The notes: generated by a model not told the origin, from the sequence alone. 64,000 bases of DNA from Alphaproteobacteria bacterium (GCA_965220745.1 CBDCQT010000007.1:96001-160000), one strand, 5' to 3'; shown: positions 22,959 to 34,893, counted from the stretch's first letter. Translations and numbers: made by a program.

Positions 22959-23059
22959 CCGCCCTCCGAAGACCGGCGCGCCGTAAGGCGTGCCAGCGCT
23001 GGCCGGCCGACCCTGCCGCGAGGGTGGGCCGTCCGCGCTTGTGCGGAAGGGAGATCGCC

Positions 23060-24853
23060 GTGACAACGGATGCCGAGGATCACGCCCCGGCAGAGCTGAC
23101 CGGGGCCGAGCTAGTCGTTCGCACGCTGGTCGATCTCGGCGTAGACGTCGTGTTCGGCTACCCCGGCGGCGCGGTACTTCCCATCTACGACGCCATCTTC
23201 AAGCAGAACGAGCTACGCCACATTCTGGTGCGGCACGAGCAGGGCGCGGTCCATGCGGCGGAAGGCTATGCGCGCTCCACCGGCAAGGTGGGCACGGTGC
23301 TGGTCACTTCGGGGCCGGGCGCTACCAATAGCGTCACCGGCCTCACCGACGCGCTGATGGACAGCATCCCCGTCGTCTGCCTGACCGGGCAAGTGCCGAC
23401 CCACATGATCGGCAACGACGCGTTTCAGGAAGCCGACACGGTGGGGATCACCCGCCCCTGCACCAAGCACAACTATCTCATCAAGGAAGTTGACAACCTC
23501 TGCCCGGTGATCCGCGAGGCCTACTACATTGCGAGCGCCGGCCGGCCCGGCCCCGTGGTCGTGGACCTGCCGAAGGACGTGGTCATGGCCAAGGCGCCCT
23601 ACGTTCCCGAGTGTGCGGCGCCGGGCAACGGGTTGGAGCACCGTTCCTACCGGCCGCAGCGCGCGCCCGATCCGGACGCGGTCAAGCGCACGGTCGAGCT
23701 TCTGACGCGCGCCAAGCGACCACTCTTCTATGCGGGCGGCGGCGTCATCAATTCCGGGCCCGACGCGGCGCAGGGTCTCGCGGCGCTGGTGCAGCGCACG
23801 GGCTATCCCATCACCAACACGCTGATGGGGCTCGGCTGCTATCCGGGATCCGACCCGCTCTTCCTCGGCATGCTGGGCATGCACGGCACCTACGAGGCCA
23901 ACATGGCGATGGCCGAGTGCGACCTGATGATCGCGGTCGGCGCGCGCTTCGACGATCGCGTCACCGGCCGGCTCGCCGATTTCTCTCGCGGCTCGACAAA
24001 GGTGCAGATCGACATCGACCCCTCGTCCATCAACAAGAACGTGCCGGTGGACGTCGCCATCGTCGGCGATGCGGGTCTCGCGCTCGACGCCATCCTGGCC
24101 GAGTGGGAGGCGAGCGGCGCGGAGCCGAGCGCCCAAGTGGCGGCGTGGTGGCGGCAGATCGACAAGTGGCGCGGGCGCGACTGCCTGCGCTACAAGAACT
24201 CCAGCAACACCATCAAGCCGCAGTACGCGCTACAGCGGCTCTACGAGGCCACCAAGGGGCGGGACTCGTACTTCACCACCGAGGTGGGCCAGCACCAGAT
24301 GTGGGCCGCGCAGTTCCTCAAGTTCGAGGAGCCCAACCGCTGGATGACCTCGGGCGGCCTCGGCACCATGGGATACGGCTTCCCCGCCGCAATGGGCGTG
24401 CAGGTGGCCCATCCGGACTCGCTCGTCATCGACATTGCCGGCGAGGCGTCGCTGCTCATGACGATCCAGGAACTCTCGACCATGGTGCAGTATCGGCTGC
24501 CGGTGAAGACCTTCCTGCTCAACAACGAGTACATGGGCATGGTGCGCCAGTGGCAGGAGTTCTTCCACGGCGGCCGCTACGCCGAGAGCTACATGGATTC
24601 GCTGCCCGATTTCGTGAAGCTGGCGGAATCGTTCGGGGCGACCGGCCTGCGCGCCCGCCGGCCCGAGGAGGTGGACGGCGTGATCGAGGCCATGATCGAG
24701 ACACCGGGCCCTGTGATCGCCGATATCCTCGTCGACAAGGAAGAGAACGTCTATCCGATGATCCCGGCCGGCGCCGCGCACTACGAGATGAAGCTCGGGC
24801 CCGAGCATGGCGAGCTCGAAGAGCGCTCGGAAGACGGAATGGTGCTCGTCTAG
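23060..24853 (+). CDS. ilvB: Acetolactate synthase large subunit
   Basis: FGYPGGAVLP, RHEQGA, DAFQEAD, GMLGMHG, TSGGLGTMG; GTG start inferred from GGGAG RBS. Confidence 0.95.
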   Translation: MTTDAEDHAPAELTGAELVVRTLVDLGVDVVFGYPGGAVLPIYDAIFKQNELRHILVRHEQGAVHAAEGYARSTGKVGTVLVTSGPGATNSVTGLTDALMDSIPVVCLTGQVPTHMIGNDAFQEADTVGITRPCTKHNYLIKEVDNLCPVIREAYYIASAGRPGPVVVDLPKDVVMAKAPYVPECAAPGNGLEHRSYRPQRAPDPDAVKRTVELLTRAKRPLFYAGGGVINSGPDAAQGLAALVQRTGYPITNTLMGLGCYPGSDPLFLGMLGMHGTYEANMAMAECDLMIAVGARFDDRVTGRLADFSRGSTKVQIDIDPSSINKNVPVDVAIVGDAGLALDAILAEWEASGAEPSAQVAAWWRQIDKWRGRDCLRYKNSSNTIKPQYALQRLYEATKGRDSYFTTEVGQHQMWAAQFLKFEEPNRWMTSGGLGTMGYGFPAAMGVQVAHPDSLVIDIAGEASLLMTIQELSTMVQYRLPVKTFLLNNEYMGMVRQWQEFFHGGRYAESYMDSLPDFVKLAESFGATGLRARRPEEVDGVIEAMIETPGPVIADILVDKEENVYPMIPAGAAHYEMKLGPEHGELEERSEDGMVLV

Positions 24854-24969
24854 GATCCAGGGCGCCGATCGAGCCGATCCATGACGCGAAACGCCAAGCC
24901 ACCGTCCGGCATGCCTGAGTGCCGGCACCGGTGGGACGTCCGCCCGTAGGCGACCCGGAGGGAACGGCC

Positions 24970-25476
24970 GTGACGGACGACGCCGAGCGCCGCACGCTTT
25001 CCGTGCTCGTGGAGAACGAGCCGGGCGTGCTGGCGCGCGTCATCGGGCTGTTCTCGGGCCGAGGTTACAACATCGAGAGCCTGACCGTCGCCGAGGTCGA
25101 GCACGACAAGCGCCTTTCGCGCATCAATCTGGTGACCTCGGGCTCGGCCATGGTCATCGAGCAGATCAAGGCGCAGCTCGATCGCCTGGTGCCGATCCAC
25201 AAGGTCTCCGATCTCGGTAGCGAGGGCCCCTACATCGAGCGCGAGCTCGCGCTGATCAAGGTCGTCGCCACCGGCGAGAAGCGGGTCGAATCGCTCAGGA
25301 TCGCGGACATTTTCCGCGCCCATGTGGTCGACAGCGAAATCGACTCGTTCGTATTCGAGATGACCGGGAAGGGCACCAAGATCGACGCCTTCATCCGGCT
25401 GATGACGCCGCTCGGGCTGACAGAGATATCGCGCACGGGCGTGGTCGCGATCACGCGCGGCAAGGAATCGATCTGA
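24970..25476 (+). CDS. ilvN: Acetolactate synthase regulatory subunit
   Basis: [27 protein letters not shown] domain, ERELALIKV. Confidence 0.95.
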   Translation: MTDDAERRTLSVLVENEPGVLARVIGLFSGRGYNIESLTVAEVEHDKRLSRINLVTSGSAMVIEQIKAQLDRLVPIHKVSDLGSEGPYIERELALIKVVATGEKRVESLRIADIFRAHVVDSEIDSFVFEMTGKGTKIDAFIRLMTPLGLTEISRTGVVAITRGKESI

Positions 25477-25519
25477 CGCGGCCGCGGGCCGCACGCAACG
25501 CCAAACTTGGGAGAGCAGG

Positions 25520-26539
25520 ATGCGGGTCTACTACGATCGCGATGCCGATCTGAACCTGATCAAGTCGAAGAAGGTCTCGATCATCGGCTACGGCAGCCAG
25601 GGCTTCGCGCACGCGAACAACCTGAAGGAAAGCGGCGTCGAGGACGTGGCCGTGGGGCTCAGGCCGGGCTCGGCAAGCGCGGCCAAGGTCGAGGCCGCCG
25701 GGCTGACGGTCATGGACATCGAGGAGGCCGCGCGCTTCGGCGACGTGGTGATGGTGCTCACGCCGGACGAGCTGCAGCGCCAGCTCTATTCCGACGTGCT
25801 GCACGGCTCCATGAAGGAAGGCGCGGCGCTGGCCTTCGCCCACGGGCTCAACATCCACTTCCGCCTGATCGAGCCCCGGCCCGACCTTGACGTGTTCATG
25901 GTGGCGCCCAAGGGGCCGGGGCACACGGTGCGCTCGGAGTATCAGCGGGGTGGCGGCGTGCCCTGCCTGCTCGCGCTGGCGCGCGACCCCTCGGGCAACG
26001 CCAAGGAGATCGGTCTTTCCTATGCGTCGGGCATCGGCGGCGGGCGCGCCGGCATCATCGAGACCAGCTTCCGCGAGGAGGTCGAGACCGATCTCTTCGG
26101 CGAGCAGGTGGTGCTCTGCGGCGGCCTCACGTCCCTCATCACCGCCGCCTGGGAGACCCTGGTGGACGCCGGCTACGCGCCGGAGATGGCCTATTTCGAG
26201 TGCCTCCACGAGGTCAAGCTGATCGTCGACCTGATGTACGAGGGCGGCATCGCCAACATGCGCTATTCGATCTCCAACACCGCGGAGTACGGCGACTACA
26301 CGCGGGGGCCGCGGGTCATCGACGACGCGACGCGGGAGCGCATGAAGACGATCCTCGCGGACATCCAGAACGGCCGGTTCACCACCGAATGGATGACCGA
26401 GAACGCCGCGGGCCAGTCCTCCTTCAAGGCGATGCGCGCGCGTGCGGCCGAGCACCCGCTGGAGGAGGTGGGCGAGCGGCTCCGGGCGATGATGCCGTGG
26501 ATCGCCGAGGCCCGGCTGGTCGATCGCAGCAAGAATTGA
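25520..26539 (+). CDS. ilvC: Ketol-acid reductoisomerase
   Basis: [29 protein letters not shown]. Confidence 0.97.
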   Translation: MRVYYDRDADLNLIKSKKVSIIGYGSQGFAHANNLKESGVEDVAVGLRPGSASAAKVEAAGLTVMDIEEAARFGDVVMVLTPDELQRQLYSDVLHGSMKEGAALAFAHGLNIHFRLIEPRPDLDVFMVAPKGPGHTVRSEYQRGGGVPCLLALARDPSGNAKEIGLSYASGIGGGRAGIIETSFREEVETDLFGEQVVLCGGLTSLITAAWETLVDAGYAPEMAYFECLHEVKLIVDLMYEGGIANMRYSISNTAEYGDYTRGPRVIDDATRERMKTILADIQNGRFTTEWMTENAAGQSSFKAMRARAAEHPLEEVGERLRAMMPWIAEARLVDRSKN

Positions 26540-26701
26540 CGACTCTCGGCACAAGCAGGGGCACCACCGCAAGGCGACAAATTCGTTGCTTCGCCCAAGG
26601 GGTTGGGCGTACAAGTTCCCAGAACCCGGGCGGCGAGCCGATCTTGTGCCGCACCGGATGGCTGCTTGTGTCGTGCGAATGGGGTCGAGGGCCATGGTCC
26701 G

Positions 26702-26845
26702 ATGACGGTGCCGACGGAGAATAAGCCGGCAGGCACGCACCACTTGCGCGACGCTGCGGCCACGGCACATTCCACCCTACGCGAGCTGCGACTTAGCTGC
26801 CCCTGAGCGGTTCGCCGTGCGTGATCGGCCGACCGACCAGGGGAG
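26702..26845 (+). promoter_or_regulatory. Putative leuA leader peptide/attenuator element
   Basis: Short ORF ending TLRELRLSCP* at 26806 with Leu codons CTA, CTG, CTT; stop codon overlaps a CCCCTG...CAGGGG stem (26800-26843). Confidence 0.55.
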
Positions 26846-26878
26846 TGCGATGACCGTCGTAGCCGCCGGGGTGAAAGG

Positions 26879-28438
26879 ATGCCCGTTATGACCGAGACAG
26901 GAAACCGAGTCCGCATATTCGATACCACGATGCGCGACGGCGAGCAGTCGCCGGGCGCGTCGATGAATCTGGAAGAGAAACTCCGGATCGCCGAGATCCT
27001 CGAGGAGATGAGGGTCGACGTGATCGAGGCCGGCTTCCCCATCGCGTCGAACGGCGATTTCGAAGCGGTCCGCGAGGTCGCCAAGGTGGTGACCGAGAGC
27101 ACCGTTTGCGGCCTGGCCCGCGCCGGGCGGCGAGACATCGACCGCGCGGCCGAGGCGCTTGCGCCGGCCAAGTCCGGCCGCATTCACACCTTCATCTCGA
27201 CCAGCCCGCTCCACATGAGCGTCAAGCTGCAGATGGAGCCCGAGGACGTGCACGCGGCGGTGATCGACAGCGTGAGCTACGCCCGCAAGTTCACCGACGA
27301 CGTGGAGTGGTCCTGCGAGGACGGCTCGCGCACCGAGCACGACTTCCTCTGCCGCTGCGTCGAATCGGCGATCAAGGCCGGTGCCGGCACCATCAACATC
27401 CCCGACACCGTGGGCTACGCCGTGCCGGAGGAGTTCGCGTCGCTGATCGCCATGCTCTTCGACCGGGTGCCCAACATCGACAAGGCCGTGCTCTCGGTCC
27501 ATTGCCACAACGATCTGGGCCTCGCCGTCGCCAACTCGCTGAGCGCGGTGCAGGCGGGCGCACGGCAGGTAGAGTGCACCATCAACGGGCTCGGCGAGCG
27601 CGCCGGCAACGCCGCGATGGAAGAGATCGTCATGGCGCTGCGCACGCGCAACGACTTGATGAGCTTCGAGACCGGCGTGAAGACCGAGAACATCATGCGC
27701 GCCTCGCGCCTGGTCTCGGCAGTGACCGGCTTCGTGGTGCAGCCGAACAAGGCGATCGTGGGCGCCAATGCCTTCGCTCACGAAGCGGGAATTCATCAGG
27801 ACGGCGTCCTCAAGGACGCGCAGACCTACGAGATCATGACGCCCGAATCGGTCGGCCTCGTGCAGTCGACGCTCGTCATGGGCAAGCATTCGGGCCGCCA
27901 CGCCTTCCGCGAAAAGCTGCGGAGCCTCGGCTACACCGAGCTCGGCGACAACGCACTTCAGGAAGCGTTCGTGCGTTTCAAGGACCTCGCCGACAAGAAG
28001 AAAGAACTCTTCGACGAGGACATCATCGCGCTGGTGGACACAGAAGTCGCCGGCGCAAACGACCGCATCAAGTTCGGGTCCCTCTCGGTGTCCTGCGGCT
28101 CGTCAGGACCGCAGGAGGCGTCTCTCACGCTCGCCATCGACGGCGAGCAGGCGGAGGCGCAAGCCACCGGGAACGGCCCCGTGGATGCGGCTTTCAACGC
28201 CATCAAGGCGATTTACCCGCACGAGGCCAAGCTACAGCTTTATCAGGTTCATGCGGTGACGGAAGGCACCGATGCCCAGGCCGAAGTGAGCGTGCGGCTG
28301 GAGGAAAACGGGAGAACAGTGAACGGGCACAGTGCGCATATCGATACCATCGTGGCCTCGGTACTGGCCTATGTGCACGCGCTCAACAAGCTTCTGGTCA
28401 AGCGGCAGAAGACGGCTCCGGAGGCGTTGTCAGCTTGA
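26879..28438 (+). CDS. leuA: 2-isopropylmalate synthase
   Basis: FDTTMRDGEQ, HCHNDLG, GERAGNA, C-terminal regulatory domain GNGPVDA. Confidence 0.96.
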   Translation: MPVMTETGNRVRIFDTTMRDGEQSPGASMNLEEKLRIAEILEEMRVDVIEAGFPIASNGDFEAVREVAKVVTESTVCGLARAGRRDIDRAAEALAPAKSGRIHTFISTSPLHMSVKLQMEPEDVHAAVIDSVSYARKFTDDVEWSCEDGSRTEHDFLCRCVESAIKAGAGTINIPDTVGYAVPEEFASLIAMLFDRVPNIDKAVLSVHCHNDLGLAVANSLSAVQAGARQVECTINGLGERAGNAAMEEIVMALRTRNDLMSFETGVKTENIMRASRLVSAVTGFVVQPNKAIVGANAFAHEAGIHQDGVLKDAQTYEIMTPESVGLVQSTLVMGKHSGRHAFREKLRSLGYTELGDNALQEAFVRFKDLADKKKELFDEDIIALVDTEVAGANDRIKFGSLSVSCGSSGPQEASLTLAIDGEQAEAQATGNGPVDAAFNAIKAIYPHEAKLQLYQVHAVTEGTDAQAEVSVRLEENGRTVNGHSAHIDTIVASVLAYVHALNKLLVKRQKTAPEALSA

Positions 28439-28486
28439 ACGACGGGGTGGCCCCGGCTGCTGCCTGCCCGCCCCGCTGCCGTTTAG

Positions 28487-29542
<1,056 letters not shown>

Positions 29543-29598
29543 GTTTCCCGCTACGCGGGCCCGATTCGGAATTCGCCGCGTAACGTTTGGAGGTCTGA

Positions 29599-30480
29599 GT
29601 GAGGGTAGGCCGAGGGCGCAATCTCGTCCTGGCCGTGCCGGGCAGGGTCTTCGCCCAGCGCTTTGGCTACGCAATGCTGGCCTGCGCGGCGATCACCCTG
29701 ATGATCCTGAGCCAGGCGGAGCCACGCGTCGTGGAGACGATACGCGTCGGCGTTGTCGACACCGTTGCCCCGATTTTCGCCTTCTTCTCGCAACCTGCGG
29801 CAACGATCGCCAGCGGGTTCGACGAACTGGACGGCATCATGAGCGTTCACGAGCGTAACGAGCAGTTGGCGCACGACAACGCCGAGCTCCGCAAGTGGCA
29901 GGCGGTGGCCGAGCAGCTCGGTTACGAAAACGAGATGTTCCGGCGAATGCTCAAGGTCGTGCCCGACCAGCGGGCGCGTTTCGTCACGGCCCGCGTTATC
30001 GCGGATTCCGGCGGGCCGTTCATCCACATGGTCCTGGTCAACGCGGGCCAATCCCACGGGGTGCGCAAGGGCCAGGCGGTGGTCAACCACGACGGACTGG
30101 TAGGCCGCGTGTTGGAGGCTGGCGATCACACGGCGCGAATTCTCCTGCTGACCGACCTCAACTCCCGTATTCCCGTCGTCCTGGAGGAGAGCCGTGACCG
30201 GACGATCCTGCGCGGCGACAACAGCCCGCATCCCTATCTCGCCTTCCTCGCGACCGATGCCAGGGCAAAGCCCGGCGATCGCGTCGTGACGTCGGGAGAG
30301 GGCGGGATGTTCCCGCCGGCGCTCGATGTCGGGATCGTGTCTGCGGTCGACAAGGACCGCGCGACGGTGCAGCCCTTCGTGGTGTGGGAGCGGCTCGACT
30401 ACGTTACCGTCCTCGACTACGTGGTGCCGGGGGTCTTGCCCGAAACGCGCCGCGCCGAACGCGCCGGGAGCCTGCGGTAA
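29599..30480 (+). CDS. mreC: Rod shape-determining protein MreC
   Basis: TM plus coiled coil, GLVGRV, TSGEGG; synteny. Confidence 0.92.
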   Translation: MRVGRGRNLVLAVPGRVFAQRFGYAMLACAAITLMILSQAEPRVVETIRVGVVDTVAPIFAFFSQPAATIASGFDELDGIMSVHERNEQLAHDNAELRKWQAVAEQLGYENEMFRRMLKVVPDQRARFVTARVIADSGGPFIHMVLVNAGQSHGVRKGQAVVNHDGLVGRVLEAGDHTARILLLTDLNSRIPVVLEESRDRTILRGDNSPHPYLAFLATDARAKPGDRVVTSGEGGMFPPALDVGIVSAVDKDRATVQPFVVWERLDYVTVLDYVVPGVLPETRRAERAGSLR

Positions 30481-30995
30481 TGGGCGACTGGCTGCAATGG
30501 GCCGACCGCTCTGTGCGCGGCGCGATCCCGGTGACTGTCACGGTGATGCTCGTTTTCGCGGCGTCGCTCCCCTGGCGGCTGCCGGCGTTCGTCGAGGTCA
30601 CGCCGGCTTTCGCCGTGATGGCGATCTTCTACTGGACCATCTACCGGCCCGAGCGTTTCCCCTACGTGGCGACCTTCGGCATCGGCGTGCTTCAAGACCT
30701 GCTCGCCGCAACGCCGCTCGGCATGACGGCGCTGGTGCTGCTCATCGTTCAGGGAGTGGTCGCCTCGCAACGCACGTTCTTCCGCGGCAAGCCGTTTCTC
30801 GTCGTCTGGTGGGGCTTCTCCCTGGTCATGCCGGCGGTCGGGCTGCTCAGCTGGATCATCAGCTCCGCCTGCTTCGGCGTGCTGGTCCCGCCGCTGCCAA
30901 TCGTCGTGCAGGTCGTGCTGACGATGCTGCTCTTCCCGATATTCGTGCTGTTCTTCCGTCCCCTCGGCGTGCTCGCCGCCGCGCGGCCTGAGTGA
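30480..30995 (+). CDS. mreD: Rod shape-determining protein MreD
   Basis: Hydrophobic, FYWTIYRP, GVLQDLL; TAATG coupling to mreC. Confidence 0.88.
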   Translation: MGDWLQWADRSVRGAIPVTVTVMLVFAASLPWRLPAFVEVTPAFAVMAIFYWTIYRPERFPYVATFGIGVLQDLLAATPLGMTALVLLIVQGVVASQRTFFRGKPFLVVWWGFSLVMPAVGLLSWIISSACFGVLVPPLPIVVQVVLTMLLFPIFVLFFRPLGVLAAARPE

Positions 30996-30996
30996 G

Positions 30997-32880
30997 ATGC
31001 GGGGCGAAACGGGACGCGCCAACATTTTCACGCGCCGCGCGATCATCGTGGGCGGCGCGCAGGCGCTTCTTACGGCCGGCCTCGCCGGGCGCCTCTATCA
31101 GCTTCAGGTCGTGGATTCTGAGCGCTATCAGGTTCTCGCCGACGAGAACCGCATCAACATGCAGCTTCTGCCGCCGGCGCGAGGCCGCATCTTCGACCGC
31201 TTCGGCCAGGTGCTTGCGGAGAACCGGCTGAATTATCGGCTGGTCGTTGTTCCCGAGGCGGCGCTGAATCTCGACAAGGCGCTAGACGAAATTGCGGCGC
31301 TGGTGCCGATCGAGGATCACGACCGCGAGCGGGTCCTGCGCGAGGCCAAGCGCAAGCAGAGATTCGTCCCCATCACGGTCCGCGAGAACCTGACGTGGGA
31401 CGAGGTCTCGCAAATCGAGGTCAACGCGCCAGACTTGCCCGGCGTAATGATCGACGTGGGCAGCCGCCGCCTCTACGCCTTCGGCCGCGATACGGTCCAC
31501 ATCGTCGGCTACGTCGGTGCCGTCAACGAATCCGATTTGGAGCGGACGGACGATCCGCTGCTCACGCTGCCCGACTTCCGCATCGGCAAGAATGGCGCCG
31601 AGAGGGTTCTGGAAAGCTCGCTGCGGGGCGAGGCCGGCTCCCGGCAGGTCGAGGTAAACGCCTACGGCCGCGTCATCCGCGAACTCAGCCGCAGGACCGG
31701 CCGGCCGGGCGACGACCACATGCTGACCATCGACCTCGGGCTTCAGCAGTACGTCGCGGCCCGCTTCGGCGAGGAGAGCGGATCGGCCGTGGTCCTCGAC
31801 GTCCATTCGGGCGAGATCCTGGCGCTGGCGTCGATGCCGAACTACGACCCCAACCTCTTCACTTCCGGCATCAGCCAACGGCAATGGCGGGAGCTGATCG
31901 GCCATCCGCGCTTCCCGCTCAGCAACAAGTCGATCGCCGGCCAGTATTCGCCGGGCTCCACATTCAAGATGATCGTGGCGCTGGCTGCGCTCGAAAGCGG
32001 CGAAGTGAGCCCTTACCAGCGTTTCTATTGCGACGGTTCCATAAAACTCGGAAAACGCCGGTTCCGCTGCTGGCGGCGCTATGGCCACGGGCACGTCGCC
32101 ATGGTGCAGGGCCTCATGGAATCCTGCGATGTCTACTTCTACGAGGTGGCAAAGCGCGTCGGCATAGACCGGATCGCGGCGATGTCGGAGCGCTTCGGCT
32201 TCGGCAGGAAGCTCGACATCGAACTGCCGGGGGAGAAGCCAGGCCTGGTGCCGACGCGCGAGTGGAAACTTGCCATGATTGGCGAGCCTTGGCAGGGCGG
32301 CGAGACGCTGGTCGTTGGTATCGGCCAGGGCTATCTCCTCACGACGCCGCTTCAGCTCGCGGTGATGGTCGCGCGTATCGCCAACGGCGGCATCGCGGTG
32401 GAGCCTCGGCTCCTGGCGGAGGTCATCCGAGACGGACAGCCGGTGCCGCGGGAGAGCGAGACGTTCGACCCAATGGGGCTTTCGCCTGCCCATTTGGACA
32501 TCGTCCGCAAGGGCATGAATTTTGTCGTGAACGAGCCCAAGGGCACCGCCTATCGCGCGCGTATCGAAGAGCCCGCGTTGGCCATGGCCGGCAAGACCGG
32601 GAGCGTGCAGGTGCGGCGGATCTCCGAACGCGAGCACCGCGCTGGGGTGATAAAGAACGAAGACCGCCCGTGGAAGGAGCGCGACCACGCGCTCTTCGTT
32701 GCCTACGCGCCGTTGGAGCGGCCGCGCTACTGCGTTGCGGTCGTGGTCGAGCATGGCGGCAGCGGCGGCACCGTGGCGGCCCCCATCGCCCGCGACATTC
32801 TGCGTGAGGTTCAGCGCCGCGACCCCTCGGGCCGCGCCCGCAACCTCGAGGCGCTGATCCGCCCGCACGAGACCGCCTGA
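30997..32880 (+). CDS. mrdA: Penicillin-binding protein 2
   Basis: RGRIFDR, PGSTFK (SxxK), SCD, GKTG. Confidence 0.95.
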   Translation: MRGETGRANIFTRRAIIVGGAQALLTAGLAGRLYQLQVVDSERYQVLADENRINMQLLPPARGRIFDRFGQVLAENRLNYRLVVVPEAALNLDKALDEIAALVPIEDHDRERVLREAKRKQRFVPITVRENLTWDEVSQIEVNAPDLPGVMIDVGSRRLYAFGRDTVHIVGYVGAVNESDLERTDDPLLTLPDFRIGKNGAERVLESSLRGEAGSRQVEVNAYGRVIRELSRRTGRPGDDHMLTIDLGLQQYVAARFGEESGSAVVLDVHSGEILALASMPNYDPNLFTSGISQRQWRELIGHPRFPLSNKSIAGQYSPGSTFKMIVALAALESGEVSPYQRFYCDGSIKLGKRRFRCWRRYGHGHVAMVQGLMESCDVYFYEVAKRVGIDRIAAMSERFGFGRKLDIELPGEKPGLVPTREWKLAMIGEPWQGGETLVVGIGQGYLLTTPLQLAVMVARIANGGIAVEPRLLAEVIRDGQPVPRESETFDPMGLSPAHLDIVRKGMNFVVNEPKGTAYRARIEEPALAMAGKTGSVQVRRISEREHRAGVIKNEDRPWKERDHALFVAYAPLERPRYCVAVVVEHGGSGGTVAAPIARDILREVQRRDPSGRARNLEALIRPHETA

Positions 32881-34028
32881 TGGCGCAGTTCGAAGTCAGC
32901 AGCCGTCAGGGCTTCGGGGTCGCCGAACGGCTGCTTCGGCTCGACTGGTTCCTGGTCGTTCTCGTCTGCACCGTTGGCGCGGTCGGCATCGGAATGCTGA
33001 TTTCCGCCTCCGGCGGCGCCACCGAGCCTTGGGCGTCTCGCCAGATGGTCTGGTTCGGCGCGGGTCTCCTGCTGATGCTCGGCGTGTCGCTCATCGATAT
33101 CGGCTTCTGGCTGCGCGCCGCGTACACGATCTACGTCCTCGCCTTCGCCCTGCTGGTGGGTGTGGAGCTGCTCGGCGCTGCGGGGAAGGGGGCGCAGCGC
33201 TGGATCGACCTGGGGGTGATCCAGTTACAGCCTTCGGAGCTCATGAAGATCGCGCTGATCCTGGCGCTCGCGCGCTACTTCCACGGTGTCCCGCTCGAGG
33301 GGATCGGCCGCATCCGCACCTATCTCCCGCCGCTGCTCATGATTCTTGCGCCCGCCGCGCTGATCCTGCGCCAGCCCGATCTGGGGACAGCGATACTGCT
33401 CGCGCTCGGCGGCGCGATCATGCTGTTCCTGGCCGGGCTCAAGGCGTGGAAGATCGGCGTCGCCGTCGTGCTCGCGCTCGGCTCCGGGCCGGTTGTCTGG
33501 CAGTTCCTGCACGAATATCAGAGGGCGCGCATTCTCACGTTCTTCAACCCCGAAGCGGATCCGCTCGGCGCTGGCTACCATATCCTGCAGTCGAAGATCG
33601 CGCTCGGCTCCGGCGGCCTGTTCGGCAAGGGGTACCTCCAGGGAACGCAAAGCCACCTCAACTTCCTGCCGGAGAAGCAGACCGACTTTATCTTCACGAT
33701 GATGGCGGAGGAGCTGGGCTTCTTCGGGGTCGCCGGCGTGCTCCTGCTGTACCTGGGAATTGCCACCTACGGCGTGGTGATCTCGGCCCGCAGCAACAAC
33801 CACTTCGGCCGCCTGCTGGGCATGGGGATCACGGTCACGTTCTTCTTCCACGTCTTCTTCAATGTCGCGATGGTGATCGGCCTGATCCCCATCGTGGGCC
33901 TGCCGCTGCCCCTGATCTCCTACGGCGGCAGCGCAATGCTGAGCCTGATGCTGGGTCTCGGACTGTTGCTTTGCGTCGGCGTTCACCGCGACGTCATCAT
34001 CACACGCCGCCCCGGCTCAGCCGGGTGA
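32880..34028 (+). CDS. rodA: SEDS glycosyltransferase RodA
   Basis: GAQRWI, QPSELMK, FLPEKQTDFIF, ISYGGS. Confidence 0.95.
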   Translation: MAQFEVSSRQGFGVAERLLRLDWFLVVLVCTVGAVGIGMLISASGGATEPWASRQMVWFGAGLLLMLGVSLIDIGFWLRAAYTIYVLAFALLVGVELLGAAGKGAQRWIDLGVIQLQPSELMKIALILALARYFHGVPLEGIGRIRTYLPPLLMILAPAALILRQPDLGTAILLALGGAIMLFLAGLKAWKIGVAVVLALGSGPVVWQFLHEYQRARILTFFNPEADPLGAGYHILQSKIALGSGGLFGKGYLQGTQSHLNFLPEKQTDFIFTMMAEELGFFGVAGVLLLYLGIATYGVVISARSNNHFGRLLGMGITVTFFFHVFFNVAMVIGLIPIVGLPLPLISYGGSAMLSLMLGLGLLLCVGVHRDVIITRRPGSAG

Positions 34029-34045
34029 AGGACTGGATCGAAGGC

Positions 34046-34846
34046 TCAAACGATCGTCGCTTCCGCCGCGCCCAGCCCCTCGATCTCGTAGACGAAGCGA
34101 TCGCCTGCTGCCGGGAACTGCGTGGCGAGCGTACTCCCGGTCATCACGATCATGCCGGCCTCCAGTGTCGTCTCGCGGGAGGCAAGCTGGTTGGCGAGCC
34201 AGACCAGCGAGTTCAGCGGGTTGCCCATGGCGGCACCCGTGGCCGCTGCAACCGGCGGGGCGTCGCCGACCTTGAGTGAGACCGGCGTGTCGGCAAGATC
34301 GAGCGAGCGCCAATCGGTTCGGGGCGACCCCAGAACCACACCGGCGCACCAGGCGTTGTCCACGAGGATGGAGAGCGCATCGACGTCGTCGTGGTCGGCG
34401 TTGCGGTCCTCGATCAGCTCGAAGGCCGGCATGCAGGCGGCGACGCGGGCGCGCGCCTCCTCCAGCGTGAACGGCGCGTCGTCGGGCCGGAATTCCCTTC
34501 CGATCTCAACCGCAAGCTCGAACTCGATTCCGAGGTGGGTGTAGTCCGCGAGCGCGATCCGGGCGGGCGAGCGGTGCACCCCTTTCTCGAAGACCACACC
34601 GCTGATCGGCTGGTCGCTCCCGTACATGGTCTGGATGGCTTCGGAGGTGAGGCCCACCTTGTAGCCGGCGGTTGCGCCCCGCCCGGCCTCCGCGAATCGC
34701 CGGTTGAGCAGCTGCTGGACGCGATATCCTTCGTCCAGGGAAGCCGGTCGGTCAGCGCCCCCCAGGCGGCGGAACGGCCGGCCTTCGACGTTTTCGACGA
34801 AGAGCCGGTCCGCGAGCGCGGCCGCGCGATCGTGGCTCTCGGTCAC
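34046..34846 (-). CDS. 2-keto-4-pentenoate hydratase-like (FAH superfamily) protein
   Basis: GYKVGLTS, IEFELA, ELIEDR, GNPLNSLVWLAN, MTGS. Confidence 0.85.
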   Translation of the reverse strand: MTESHDRAAALADRLFVENVEGRPFRRLGGADRPASLDEGYRVQQLLNRRFAEAGRGATAGYKVGLTSEAIQTMYGSDQPISGVVFEKGVHRSPARIALADYTHLGIEFELAVEIGREFRPDDAPFTLEEARARVAACMPAFELIEDRNADHDDVDALSILVDNAWCAGVVLGSPRTDWRSLDLADTPVSLKVGDAPPVAAATGAAMGNPLNSLVWLANQLASRETTLEAGMIVMTGSTLATQFPAAGDRFVYEIEGLGAAEATIV

Positions 34847-34893
34847 ACCGAATTTCCCTTACGCAAGGGGCGTACCCACGATCGTGACCCGGC

